DNA of 64,000 bases from Eledone cirrhosa (Eukaryota): assembly GCA_964016885.1 (NCBI GenBank), contig OZ024742.1, forward strand, positions 54,064,001 to 54,128,000, read 5' to 3'. Below are positions 25,249 to 40,210 of the stretch, in pieces. The translations under genes and the position numbers were made by a program. How positions within the stretch are numbered: the first letter of the stretch is position 1; each line of letters begins with the position of its first letter. Under the pieces are notes generated by a model that saw only the letters and a list, made by a program, of their open reading frames with translations, was not told where the DNA came from and did no database searches.

Positions 25249-28200
25249 TTAGATGCAGAATTTTTGGAATGTTTTACATAATTTTACTGTTCCATTAAAG
25301 GATTGTACTTGTCATTTCCTAACTAGTCGTGTTCTTTCTGTTTCTGTGAAGCCCAGCTTCTCAAAATGTGTACTGACGCAGTTACTAACATATCCCAGTT
25401 CCTCAATAATCACCGGTATAAATCTGAAGGTATAATCAGTGTGGGAGTATCTGCAGTTTCTCATTAGTTCTGCTTAGATATTCTCCTTTTCGCTAATCTT
25501 TAATATTATATTGGCATCTGCTGGGCAACTAACTTCTATTACTGCGCATGCATTCTTTTCTATGTCCCATCTCATTATATCTGGTCTGTTATGCCTGCAT
25601 TTTATTGGGGTTGTGACTGAAACATTCGTCCAGTACTCTTTCATGATATGTATATGGATGTCTTCCACATTGCTGTAGCTAGCTTTTCTATGGATTGCAC
25701 TGTAGAGTGTTTTGGTGACTACATCATGCCTCATAGGTAGATAGTACTGTGATGACATCTTTGGACAGCTGCTTATGACATGGGTAACATCTTCGATTTT
25801 AATTCTGCAGAGTCTGCACTTATTGTCACATCTAGGTCTTTTGCCTGCATCCCAATCTCTTTTGTGAATCAGGTATTTTGTGTTGATTTCCTGTTCCTGG
25901 ATTGCAAAATCATTGCCAATATAGCGGTTGTTGGTCTAATATAGCCTACGTTGCTTATCTATATTACTCTCACTCTGGAGCTTCTTGGCAACATATCCAT
26001 GCATGACCTTTTGCTGATAAGCATGCTGTTTTTTTATCCATGGATTCGCAGCGTCATTGCTGGGCAATTTCCCTGGGTGCGAGTTTTTCATTATCATGTA
26101 GACAGTATCTTTCGATGAGTTCCTTCCCAACTCTCATAATATTATCTGTCTCATGCAGACAGACTTGCTCAATAGATGGATCCTACGCTTAGAGGTTCGT
26201 AAATATTGTCGGGGGGATATGATGCGACATTAAAATGCTGTCTGGACCGATTTTAAGCCTGTGCCGCTCCGCTTACGTTTCAAGACGCGGTCTATGTCAC
26301 TGTTGATGTTGAAGTTTCCGGTGTTGTTACAAGGTTTCGAGTTTTAATCATCAATTGCTCGGATTTCGTGTATCGTCCACTCGAGTATTCCAAACGTTGG
26401 TGTTAGGACAGGTACAGCAAGCACATTGTGAGCCACTGTTTTACTGTGCACAGAGAATTTTGATGACCATATATGACCGTAATCGGGTGTAATATTCCCT
26501 GGTTACGCGTTCCTTATTACAAATACCATTATAGGATATAGTCTCATCTATCCCCAGGTATCTGTAGCAGTCCTCGTCAGATATCGGTGAAACAGTTCGG
26601 TCATTGATACACATGTTGCTAGAATGGGTTGTAGTTTTTCTTCGCTTAACAATCATAGATGAACATTTATCTTGTCCAAACTTCATTCCTATATACGTTG
26701 ATAAACACATCAATATTTTTTTTCCATCCAATTTATGTTCTTGGTATAGAGTTTCAAGTCATCCCCAATGAAATTATGGGTTAAATTCGTATTTCTGTCC
26801 CCCTGTGAGCCAATGATGAATGCCTCACATTTCTTGAGCAAAAAGGACAAGCAGTTTAATGACGGGATAAATAGCCGCCCAGAGAGTCTATTTCCTTGAA
26901 ATATACCCCTGTGATATTCTATTTTATCAATGGAAATAGAATACTCCTTCTCTGTTTTTAACTTTAGGATAGTAGCCTAAGAAGAAGACAGCTTCTCTAT
27001 GGCACTGATAATAATGTCTGGGACTTTAGCAAGTCGGAGGGTCTCTAGTAGCCAAGAGTGGGGAACAGAATCAAATGCTTTCCTGTAGTTCAGCCAGACT
27101 GTAGACATATTTCTCATAAGCTGTCGCACCTCTGACATCGCAGTTTTGTTAATTAGGAGTTGTTCAGCACCCCCTCCCAAACACCTTTCTTTCCAACTGC
27201 TTGTTAATCTGTATGATGACATTACTGTTGCAGTGATCTTGGAAAAATAGGTTCAGGCAGGCTGTATACATCAGGTTCTGGCATGCAATGGGTAGGTAGT
27301 TTTTCGCCAAGTCGGTGTCTTTGTTCTTGGGGAGACTAGTATTGTTTGTGCTAATTCAACCATTCTGGTATAAGTGTATCTCCCTTGAGAATTTGTTGGT
27401 ACAGGTCGATAAGATACATTCGATAGAATATCAGTTTTTTTTACCAGTAGTCGACAATCATGTCTCTTCATGGTGTTTTCTTATCTTGGAGTTTTCCTAT
27501 CACAGGCTCAAAGGTATTCTCATTTATTTCGTATGGTTTTGTTGTATTGTAGGAGCAATGGCTCTTTTGGATTTATTTTAACCACACTGCATCTTGGTTG
27601 GAATTCTTTTTTTCACACCATATTTTTCTCCAGAGGGAATCTGTCTTTCTCGGATGGGGCCTCAGTGACATTTATTACTTTGCGCTTCATATGTCTATAG
27701 ACTGATGTTTGGTTTCATCTGAATGTTTTATTAATTACTTTTCTTTCATCTGTCCTCTCCAAGTACCGACGTTTCTCGATGACAGTTTTCAATTCTTGTT
27801 TGAGGGTTATCAGCTTATATTGAAGAGTTCTGGTTCTACTGTTACCAAACATCGTCTCTATTTTATTTTTCAGTCTTTGTTGGTGAGGAGTGAATTTTTG
27901 TTTGTTTGTTTGTAAATAGGGTGCATTGTCACATATCCTATGTAGGTCAGCAATCTTTCTTTTCTATTTTAGTTATATATGATGGTATTTTTGATGTTTT
28001 GTTCTTGTTAATATTTCTGCTGTCACCAAGATAATGCTTCACTGTCGTTGCTAAGGCATATAAGCAGGCGTTGGGGTTTTTAATTGATCGTAAATATGTA
28101 TCCCCTACTTCGTTAATAGCACGTAAGATTTCATTATTTGGTTTTATTTTGTTTAGTATTGTTGTTGAGGGGAAATTTCAAAAGTTTATACTTTTGGTTA

Positions 28201-28715
28201 TTATTATCGATAGTATTTTCCATGGTAGTCGAGGCAGAGTCAGATGGTACACGTGGTGTCAAATTTTTTAACGGAATAGTTGTTTCATGGGACAGTTCGA
28301 TCTGGCTGCTAAAAGGTTTAGTAGCATGGCGACCTGTAGCACGTGGTGTTGATTTCCTGTTTGTTTTGAGGGACTTACAATTAATAATATTCTTGTTATT
28401 TTTACGTTCAACAAACATCGCTTTTTTGCATAATTGTTTGGCTGTGAAGTTATTTAGCTCTGGATGTATTTCGTTCCAGTATAGTTTCATTCTGTTCATA
28501 TAGCCAACGTATTTTGTTTGCCATTTTATAACAATTAAATGAATCATCATTAAGTTCGTAACTCCAAAATAAATGCGATTTATAATTTCCGTTTTTTCTG
28601 TAGCTACAACTGAGTAAATTATGTTTACCTTTGTCATTGCCTTTTTTGGGTAAATTGTTCTCCTTACTTGTGTTCGGCAATTTGTTGATGTGCCCGACCA
28701 TGCTGTTTGTAGCAA
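25249..28715 (-). mobile_element. Near full-length decayed R4/Dong RLE-LINE
   Basis: N-terminal GYMNRMKLYWNEIHP, RT motifs (WLNYRKAFDSVPH, YRYLGI), CCHC knuckle CRLC..EDVTHVISSC, RHD, and RLE motif NRPDI..IEVSCP..EK; many stops and frameshifts. Confidence 0.92.
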
Positions 28716-28724
28716 ATCCATAAA

Positions 28725-29270
28725 TGTCGCTGTGGATCCACCGTGGACCCTTTCGGCCGCTTTCCTGTCCCCACAGTGCCGTCCGCTTTCCACACCATGC
28801 TGCCGTCAACAAGGTCATAAAGCACAGTTTGGACGCTGCAGGTTTCTCCTCACAGCTCGAGCCGGTGGAGCGGGACCGAGGGGACGGAAAAAGGCCAGAC
28901 GGCAGGACCCTCTTCCCGTCCGCAGTGGCAAACCCCTCGTCTGGGATGCCACTGGCAGTGACGCTTTTTCCAGCCGCAACCTGGTGCAGTCTGCGACTAA
29001 ACAGGTTCTGCTGCACGTTGGGCTGAGGAGGCCAAACTCTCCAAGTACCGGTCGCTTTCCGACAGGTTTGCGGTCGTGCCCTTGGCAGTGGTGACTTCTG
29101 GTGTCCTTGGCCCTAGGGCTACCTCCCTATTCACCACCATAGGCGCAGGTGTGTGCCTCGCGAGTTGGAATGGCTCTTCCAGCGCATCTCCCTTACCATC
29201 CACCGAGAAAACGCCTTCTCCATTCTGTCCACCGGGGCTGTGGGGATGCCAACATGTGGGACCCCATTTG
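28725..29270 (+). mobile_element. CRE-clade non-LTR fragment (zinc knuckle and RLE endonuclease)
   Basis: CRCGSTVDPFG..LSC..HHAAVN..LEP..DGKRPDG..GKPLVWDAT..AEEAKLSKY..VPLAVVTSGVLGP; GC-rich and frameshifted. Confidence 0.8.
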
Positions 29271-29779
29271 TTCACCATACGGAGAGATGGGGATGGCGAG
29301 AGAATTGGAGGCGATGACAGTGGGAGTTCGGCTCTTCCATGTTCGGACCATATCCTTGTGATTGTGTTCATTAAGCAGTTAATGAGTCTGTTTATGTATT
29401 GACTCAATGGTGTACATTGTGTATATAATACAGAAACCATTATTGTTGTTTTACACAGAGCTCAACTGTATGTAAAGATACTCAATTTTCCTTGACCTCT
29501 TTCGTGTCACTCTGGCTAACACCGTATTTCATTTTACACTCAGTTAAACCAATAACAAATCTTTGTACAATGAATTATGTATTTAGTTGGATGTCTCTAC
29601 GAATTCGAATAAAAGGTGTCTCCAGTAGATATAGTTAGAAGAATATCCAGTTATTTAACACGACAAGTAGTTGTGGCATTACTGTCGGAGATAGTATTCA
29701 TCTTAAATTTAATGAATAGTCTCCCACGCCAAAATGTGCGACAGATCGCGTTGATTGTATGTATGTATGTATGTATGTA

Positions 29780-30280
29780 GGAATGTCATCCTGCAGGACT
29801 AAAAACAAAACCTGTCAAAGGGCAAAGGAGCTCTTAAGAGTTAATGGCCATCCAAAATCACCGGGAGAGATGACCCCTTAGCCTTTGTCAAGGCAGAATT
29901 CTAGGAGAAGGAAAACTCTGATATAACACCTGCAACCCTGATGATATCCAATGATGTTGACTTGTTATTCTTTTTGGTAAATATCATCTTGGTTAAGAGA
30001 GTGGGACTGACTTTGTTCAGTGCCTTTGCTCACTATACAAGCTTCACGGCACAGGCATTGCTTTATATCTGGAGATCTCTCTGCACTTGTCGTTACATGG
30101 TACCATGGGCCCAGCACTATGTGTCAATAATTGTCACAAGTGTAGTGTCTGTACCAGAGTTTTCAAGTCGCTGGCTGGACTAAAAAGTCACACTCGTTCT
30201 GCGCATCGGTAGGGGTTCTCCTACATGGATATAAAGTAGTGGCTGTACTCGAAAACGAGTTGGCAGCCACCACCATGCAG
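29780..30280 (+). mobile_element. Short bipartite RTE-derived element (5' UTR fused to C2H2 3' end)
   Basis: ctaggagaaggaaaactctga RTE 5' motif; CSVCTRVFKSLAGLKSHTRSAH-stop; hairpin actcgaaaacgagt; flanked by (TATG)n. Confidence 0.6.
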
Positions 30281-30309
30281 GAATGTATGTATGTACGTAT
30301 GTATGTATG

Positions 30310-30628
30310 TTGCAGGTTTAGTCACCGGCTTGGTAAGGAGAGGAATTTTGGACACCCTGCGGGATAAAAAACAAAACCCGACAACGGGTGGAGGAACTCA
30401 GAGGAGTCAACGCCCAACCAATAAAGTATTTTATTTGTGGAATATTTCTTCACTTAAAAAAACCTTCAAGCGCAGGCATTGCTTGATATGTGACGTCTGT
30501 TTGTTATGCATGGCATTGCTGGCCATAGACATTTCCACAGCAGGACTAAAAAGCCACGTCCTTGATGCTCATGCTTAAGTATCAAGTGATGGCATTACTC
30601 GAAATCGAGTGGCAGCTATCATCATTAT
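30310..30628 (+). mobile_element. Second, related bipartite RTE-derived element
   Basis: Shares cctgc.gga.aaaaacaaaacc, AGLKSH and actcgaaatcgagtggcagc with the previous element. Confidence 0.55.
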
Positions 30629-33600
30629 GTTTGTATGCATTATGCTTTATCCAAAGTGAGAATCTCATAATTTGTTAATATTCTGAAGTGGCAGTTACTA
30701 AAGCGGAATAACCTACAACTCGTTACTACCCAGAGCCGGTTTTGAGTGACGAAATTTAATTTTCGTAGCTCATCAACCTGGCTATCAGGCGAAGTTCATC
30801 GAAATAAATGTCTTTCCATTCATTCATATTTCTTTATTAACCTTTCAAGTTAACCTCAATATATTGATTGATTTAATATAATGAAGAATAGTCCTGAATA
30901 TACTTGCATAATTGCATTCACGTTTAAATTAATTACATTTTTTTTATTTATTAAACACTGACATATGCATGTCCATTGAAAGGAACGCCTGGATGGAGTT
31001 GAGATTTAGTATTTATTTTGAATTTAAGATGGCATTCGGTCTGTAGGAATTTGACAAATGAAGAACAGATTTTATATAGAAATAGAAACTTAAATGTTTA
31101 GAGTGATTTAATTATAATCTGAAATCTAGTATAAACGAAATAAATGGCATTGGGATCACCCATGTTCTACAAATTGAACACACAAGCATAGAAAAGTATT
31201 TATGAAACAACTAATCAATTTGATTAACCTTAGAAAATAGTAGAATGTAATTCTAAAACACTCTGGAAATATATAAGATAATAATATTGTTGCTGCTTTA
31301 CACTCTCCTGAACGATCGAATGATACATCCATTCAACATATATATTTACTATTAATATATATAGACAATAAATCAGATATTGAATGCCATAAAACTGTGA
31401 AAAAAATTGTCAACAAGAACGGGGAAATTAAGGATAAATGTAAATATATATATTTGTAAATTTAGAATAATAGTAAGTGAAATATTTACAATTATATATA
31501 TTGCCCTTGTTAGAATTAAATAAAAGATGAGTACATTAAAGCATTATACATTTTTAAGTCTCTAAATGATTTAATAATTTCTGAGAAAACAAACATTATA
31601 AGAACTGAGTTTGAATTATTAAATACCACTAGAATATGCTTAACACAGACGGTTATATTACAGAGTATCATAATATTCAAGGCAATTGTAAACTTTAAGC
31701 AATACAGCTAATATCGTAGCGCCACAAATCTAATGTCCAATAGTTATATAATACAATTGATTTACCATGTAATATATAATACTATGTCGCTGAAATATAT
31801 AAAATGAGAATGCATATATTTTCGCAACAAATAGACTTTGTTATATTCTAATATATTTCTGTTTGTAGTCTAATATTACAGATCATAAAAGAAATTGAAT
31901 TACTCAATCACATAGAACATTTTGCCGTATGGATTGTACAGACTTGACGCTAAGCACTATAAATTAATTCCAGTAAGTATATCATATATTTCGAAATACA
32001 GCTCGATTGGTATCAACCTAATGCTATTTCTCATACTTATAATTAATACAGGAAGCAGACTTTAGACAGAATGTAATATGACCTTCCTAAAAACATTATA
32101 ATTATAGAGCATAACCAAAGCATATAACGTGTATATAAGCTTAATTATTACATAGATAGTAATATCAAATATATAGAAATATTACATTCCGTTGCTCGGT
32201 AGTTTGAGCTCAAATCTTCCCCTGTTTTTATTGCCCCAGTATCACTTCAGTGACAATATAATAGATAGCCTTCAAATACAATGATGAATTAAATCCACAA
32301 AATTAACCTGTCTCATGTAATGAATCTTTATTTGATATCATCCTCAATGTCAACATAGTTTATTAATAAAATTATTTTCTCTTTTCAATAATTATTAAAT
32401 TAGGAACACACACAAGTACATTAAAATAACAGTAGAAATGCCCAATCTTCTATCATTATATCTCGATAATTTTATGTTGACCCAGATGCAGTAATAAAGT
32501 ACATATTGTCTCCAAGAAATATCGTCTCATATTGTGTTAATAACTGCCTTATATACCATTCCATCTGAAAAGAATTCGCTGTTCTCTCATCAATGAGATT
32601 GTTCCATTGATACCAGCGCATTGCAACAAACAACACTCCTTATTCTTGGTCAGAATTAATTTTACTCCATAATATATTTGGTATTGTAATTACGCATATA
32701 TGAACGTATATTTCCTGACAATTTATGCTTAAATAATTGAAAAATTAACAAATATATTCTAAATAACATAGCAAAGTGAAATTGAATCAATGAAATAGTT
32801 AAATAGCCGCACGGAATGGTGTAACAGCAATAGATGAATAAAGTCTGTCTAACAAGAACAGGAGGTTTTCTTCCGAAGGCTTCCGTAAGAATTCAGTCTC
32901 ATTAATTCCATTTACAAGGATTTAGCCGAACAAAATGTATAGCAGTAGATGATTTAATAATGTGTCAGTCAGTTGGTGTTGTTATTATTGTTGGACGACC
33001 ATCAGGTCCAAATATTAGAGTTAAAGGTGTTCGAATTAAGGAACAATATATTCGTAAAATCAATGTACAAATGGGTGGTCCTTTCAATTTGCACGTACAA
33101 CTAATTTGTTTCCAATATTTTTCACAAGGTCGCTAGGCACTGATCGGAAATCGAATTCACAGCCCACATGATCTTGAATCGAAGACTCGCTAGAAAAACA
33201 AACAATAAATGACAATTCAAAGTTCGTAAAGCCACGTCGAATAAGGTCTACACACCCACGTGACTAAAAGCCAAATGGGACATAACTTTATATCTATAGG
33301 TAATTGAATGCCAATATACATCTAACTTGATTGCCTGGAACTATATAGAAATAGCCTATAATACTGAGGTGCATAATATGGAAATTTAACCATTATTTCC
33401 AGTAAAGGTATCGATTAATTTTATCGAATCTTTTTAATACTTATGTTTGTGATTCTTATGCCCTTTGGAGAAGCATATTTGCGTTGAAATATCAAATGAA
33501 TTGGTAATCAATTAGAGTAAGTACTTTTGAGCTTGAAGTAGGTAGTTTTTAATGTTCTGAAATTCCTAATTTTTGCGTGGAAAAAGTTAGAAAATGACAC

Positions 33601-33708
33601 TTCAAAGATATTAACAGGCAATAAACTTTCATGATAGTAATTAAAATAGTAATTCTCGTAATTATAAACATTTACGTACTTTTTATGAGAGTAGTTTACA
33701 CAAACACA

Positions 33709-34266
<558 letters not shown>

Positions 34267-34267
34267 C

Positions 34268-34349
<82 letters not shown>

Positions 34350-34359
34350 GTGTGTGTGA

Positions 34360-34407
<48 letters not shown>

Positions 34408-34518
34408 TATATATATATATACCTTTATAACATAAATGGACCTATTATTTTTATCTAAAGACATTTTTTTCCAATTCCATCCCGCCCGTCCCCTTAATCT
34501 ATTTTATTTCTCATTCTT

Positions 34519-34554
34519 TCTTCTGATGAAGGACTAGCGTCCGAAACGTTAAGA
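34519..34554 (+). ncRNA. Minimal hammerhead ribozyme in PLE 3' fragment 34420-34630
   Basis: tctt-CTGATGA-A-GGAC-TAGC-GTCC-GAAAC-GTT-aaga. Confidence 0.8.
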
Positions 34555-34906
34555 CCCTCTTCTTGCTATATCAAGCGTTAACCTAATATATACCTTCCAT
34601 ATACTGTACCGATTGTGTTGTTATTTTACATACACACACACACACATATATATATATACACAGATATATATAACAATAAGGAAGGCATCAAAATAGTTTT
34701 ATAATGTTTATTCATCCGCTCAAGGTACAATCAATATCGATCGATAGCTCATCAGACTCTTTAATGATGAGCCAGAATCTACTCATTATTAATACCCTGC
34801 TTATTAAGGATAACGACGACGGTGTAACACCAAATGTGCAATACCACATCGGCAAGCGGACCCACTTAGGCATTGAGTACTTAATTGGTGAACCCAAAAC
34901 GCCCCC

Positions 34907-34943
<37 letters not shown>

Positions 34944-35718
34944 CATATATACACACACACACACACACATTACTGTTGGCTTCACGCTCACAATAATTTC
35001 TATACTTTCATTTATATATATATATAACCTACTCCCCTTATGTTTTTCCTCTTTACTTTTCTCATACCGCCGCAAACCACTGACCAGCGAACCGCCCCCT
35101 CTTAGTACAGCACCACATCCTTTCGTCGCTCAACACGCATGCACTACCACACCCACACCGACTGCCTTCGTCTCACCTCATACACGCCACAATATTCATA
35201 AGCCAAAGCACTACACCCCCGCAATTCACACTAACCATCGCTCCCCACCACCACCTCATCTTTATGTTCAACCCCACCCACCTATCATACATGCTAAAAC
35301 ATTCCTTATAGTAAAGCCACCAATCAAAACAAAAACTGACCACCATGTGACTGCGAACCGCTACAGACATCTCTATGCTTTATATCTTCATTCTCTCATT
35401 ACCGCAGCAGAGGTCCTACGAACTTTTTATTCCAGAATCGGGCCAGATCGATACAGATCAATCCGCGCGTCACTACTCAATAAACGTAATGAAGGCATAA
35501 CATTTCGTCTTTTTACTGTTATCCTGATTAGTTCTTTCGTTGTTTTGGTACTGTATGGTTGGGTTTTGTCTACCGCAATTTTCAATTTGTCAAGCCATTT
35601 AAACGTAATGTTATTACTCTAAGGACCTACCCTTATTGAGTGCTTTGCTACTCATTCCTTATTGTAGGTCGACTTTGCTTGGCTACAACCAAAGCTTCGA
35701 TTATACTAAGCTTCCACT

Positions 35719-35781
<63 letters not shown>

Positions 35782-35803
35782 CTCCCTATATATATATATA
35801 TAT

Positions 35804-36339
35804 AACTCCCCTGATGTAATATTCACGAATGGTTGTAACTGTAGAATCAAAAGAAATTGTCCATTAAAGGGAAATTTTCTTATTAATAACATAGTCTATA
35901 AATGAAAAATTAGCACTAAGGACTCCACTTATTCATATATAGCAGCTACGTCTACCCAATTTAAAGTAAGATTTAATACCCAGAAACATAGTTTTAAAAA
36001 TGCCGCATTAGCTAATACAACATCCTTGGCTGAAACAATTAATAATTATAGAAAGAAGAATATCGATTGCAACCTGACCTGGAGCGTGCTCAAATGGGCC
36101 ACCCCTTATCAAAATAGCAGATACGAGTGTAGGTTATGCTCCCAGAAACTTTTTGAAATCATGAAATCTAAGGATATCCTATTAAATAAGCGACAGGAAT
36201 TAATTATATCTTGCAATCATAGAATTAGAAGAACCTTCAAATATTATAAACCTAATTAAAATACACCTTACTCTTATATTTTACATATATAGATCTATGT
36301 AAAAATATTACAAATTATCAGAGGAAATATACATACCTT

Positions 36340-36345
<6 letters not shown>
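35804..36345 (+). mobile_element. PLE fragment with CxCx5C linker and GIY-YIG (probably Hydra clade)
   Basis: CNCRIKRNCPL..NIVYK*K..YIAATSTQFKVRF..CRLC..LLNKRQEL..CNHR in a single frame with one TGA at 35903. Confidence 0.88.
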
Positions 36346-36371
<26 letters not shown>

Positions 36372-37785
36372 AAGAATCAAAAAGAACAGAAAGATGCAGT
36401 GAAAGAGATTTATTCGGTTCTAACGTACGTTTCAATAGACATCAATTTGCCTAGATCTCGCTGCATCTATAATATTATATAGTTAGTAGAGCATTCGACA
36501 TCCAATGCACAATCAATTCCATATCATCAGAGTTTATGTTTACCGCACCAGAATGTTCAGGTTTTTATAGGAATTCATGTGAAGTTGAAGTAAACCCTCC
36601 TGCAGCAGACACACATATAAACCTAACGCAACCTGTACAAGATAATAATACTACAAGAGCTGATAAGTGCAACTGCAACCTACCTGATCGTTGACCTCTG
36701 AATAACAAATGCATGGAATCCAATATGGTGTATCAATGCACCGTTGAATCGGATAACCGGAGATGGCACTATATCGGATGTACCTCTACCGCTTTTAAAT
36801 CTCGTTGGTACCAACACCGTAGTTCGATGAAGAACATCAAATACCGTTCCGTAACTACCTTAGCCAATACAATTTGGCAGTTGCGCGAAAGTAACCTGCA
36901 ATACACTTTGAAATGGACAAAATTCTCTAGTGCTTCCGCATATCGTGCAGGCCAGTCTTACTGCCGATTATGCAATATGGAGCTATTTTACATACTAAAA
37001 TCGAATTATACTCTCCTCAACAACAGAACGGAAAGGACTCTATATTGCAATCACAGACTCAAGACTACGTTCTCGAAATACAAACCTGGCTTGATTTGAT
37101 CCTGCGACTTCTGCTTTCCTCTATCTTCCTTCTACCTCCTCTATCTGTCCCCATGGATTATTGCTATGCCTTCTATTGACCACATCTCCCCTATTCAACA
37201 TCTCCTCCTACATACTTTACAAGTCACTCGGCCTAATCTCCCCTGCCTCCATCTATCATAGATCATAAACCTATCAACGTCTACCATCTCCCTAGCACAC
37301 ACACAGTTGGACTAGTCCATATCTAGACTTCATTATCGTATTTTATCCTCCTCTCTGTTTTACCTCAACAACCATGAAAAACCCCCCTATCTCTCTCGTC
37401 TTTGTCACATCCCCCTTCTTCTCTACTTCAACTTCACATGAATTCCTATAAAAACCTGAACATTCTGGTGCGGTAAACATAATCTCTGATGATATGGAAT
37501 TGATTGTGCATTGGATGTCGAATGCTCTACTAACTATATATTATAGATGCAGCGAGATCTAGGCAAATTGATGTCTATTGAAACGTATGTTAGAACCGAA
37601 TAAATCTCTTTTACTGCATCTTTCTGTTCTTTTTGATTCTTTATACACGCCCCGGAGTATAGCTAAACTGGAATATACACCTATTTTCTGCATTTCGTTG
37701 AGCATCACTCTGTTGTAAGCTGACCTTCCCCTACACGGTACATAACACTGTGTCCTGGAAAACCTTAATGCACTCGTGCATAACC

Positions 37786-37790
<5 letters not shown>
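36372..37790 (+). mobile_element. 5'-truncated CxCx5C-type PLE with inverted pLTR
   Basis: CNCNLPDR*PLNNKCMESNMVYQC..HYIGCTSTAFKSRWYQH..CRLC..CNHR (stop at 37099). 36372-36590 is the reverse complement of ~37425-37641. Confidence 0.92.
37483..37594 (+). ncRNA. Hammerhead with ~85-nt stem II domain
   Basis: tct-CTGATGA-T-ATGGA...TCTAT-T-GAAA-CGTATG-TT-aga; the inverted copy has the palindromic CGTACG. Confidence 0.65.
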
Positions 37791-37841
<51 letters not shown>

Positions 37842-37844
37842 TCG

Positions 37845-38160
37845 TTCATGTGAAGTCTCATGGCTTATTGTGCGGTTGTGAATTTGATTCTACGATCGAG
37901 CTATGTGTTGTGTTCTTGGGAAGGACATAATATTTCACGTTGCTTCAGTTCAATCAGCTGTAGAATTGAGTTGCCACGCCTCTGGTGTATAGGTCTTTGC
38001 CATTCCTTTGGACAACATCAGTGGCGTAGAGAGGGGAATCTGTTATGCATTTGGCCACAAATCGTCTTCTACAAACAACCTTGCCCGGACTTGTGCTTCG
38101 GAGGGAAACTTTCTATGTACAAATCACATGGTCATTCATGACCGAAGGGGGTCATTCCCC
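37845..38160 (+). mobile_element. SINE (tRNA head, tgtgttcttgggaaggaca core, gtcattcatgaccgaaggggg tail)
   Basis: Motif recall of octopod SINEs; no search run. Confidence 0.55.
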
Positions 38161-38320
38161 TATATATATATATATACATATATACCTTAAAATGGAGTGA
38201 GAATAAGAAGAAAGCAAGAACGGGAGAGAGTTTTCCTCATCAGTTGTATACCGGGGGTCTCGGATATTTCCACGCTTTAAAGACAAGATATCAACCGCCC
38301 AAAGCGTGTATATATATATA

Positions 38321-39140
<820 letters not shown>

Positions 39141-39142
39141 TA

Positions 39143-39242
<100 letters not shown>

Positions 39243-39260
39243 TGACACACGCACACAAGC

Positions 39261-39300
<40 letters not shown>

Positions 39301-39302
<2 letters not shown>

Positions 39303-39655
39303 TTATCCCCGGGTTCAATCGGGGGTAACCACTGTAAGTATGGTATAACAATTTAATATAGAAAGGCTTCTACAGGACCAGACTGTTTCATTCCGGAGAA
39401 ATCATCAGGAAACCGGCTGTCCAAGTAATATGGTGGTACTTATATCTTTTCTGGCGGTAGGGGACGGTGGTGATTTGGGAGGGTGGAGGTCATTGGTTGA
39501 TGGCTTTAAAGAAAAGGGAATTCTTTAAAAAACTATATTTAGAATAACAAAGGCAGAAAGAATTCTATAGACAGGTTCACTCTGGGGGTGCCAGTCCATA
39601 TTTGTAAGCTTCACTTAAGTTAACAATGCCTTTGGTCAGGTGTCTACAAACACAG
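39301..39655 (-). mobile_element. Family A PLE 3' end with HHR 39365-39414
   Basis: ggtttc-CTGATGA-TTTC-TCCG-GAAT-GAAA-CAG..CTG-TA-gaagcc; stem I covaries with 13601. Confidence 0.8.
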
Positions 39656-39900
39656 GCATACATATTCACACAGGCATACATATAAAACCCTCACTCCCAC
39701 ACACTCTTATACCGATATATATATATATAAAAAGAAAATTTCGCTCTACATGGCTGAATACAATATATGTAATATGAGTTTTTCGAATATTAATAATAAC
39801 ATTCGATTCGTTTGCAATTATGCAAACAAGCCTCAATTTTATAGCCATGTCAGTAGAATAAAGACTCCATTATTGCCCTTATGTCGGCATGCGAACAGAA

Positions 39901-39944
39901 CTGAAGACACTAATGTTTCTGGGTATCACCCTTCATCAGTACGG
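39901..39944 (-). ncRNA. Hammerhead-like motif
   Basis: CTGATGA-A-GGGT-GAT-ACCC-A-GAAA-CA-TTAG-TG-TC; stem I degenerate. Confidence 0.55.
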
Positions 39945-40115
39945 CTCACTGTTCAATGCCTAACTGTCAGAGCTAGTGAAAATATATGCTATTTTCAAAA
40001 ACACACAGTGACTGATCGGCCTGATTTGCATATTAGCAGACTCGCTGATCAGTCACATATATATATTACAAATACACACAGACATATATACGTATATATA
40101 GATACATATACACAC

Positions 40116-40186
<71 letters not shown>

Positions 40187-40210
40187 TATATATATATATA
40201 GAGAGAGAAA

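Noticed and set aside
28134-29016. ORFs of 219 and 188 aa spanning 28134-29016
   Set aside because: Chimeric read-through of antisense CRE sequence into the Dong N-terminus
30630-33700. 3-kb AT-rich stretch without ORFs or obvious repeats
   Set aside because: No supportable feature; probably old intronic or intergenic DNA
34720-34765. Minus-strand CTGATGA-GCT..AGC-GGAT
   Set aside because: GAAA and stems I/III missing; too degenerate to call
34885-35622. 245-aa P/H/T-rich ORF
   Set aside because: Starts in a microsatellite and is low complexity; probably a PLE 3' UTR
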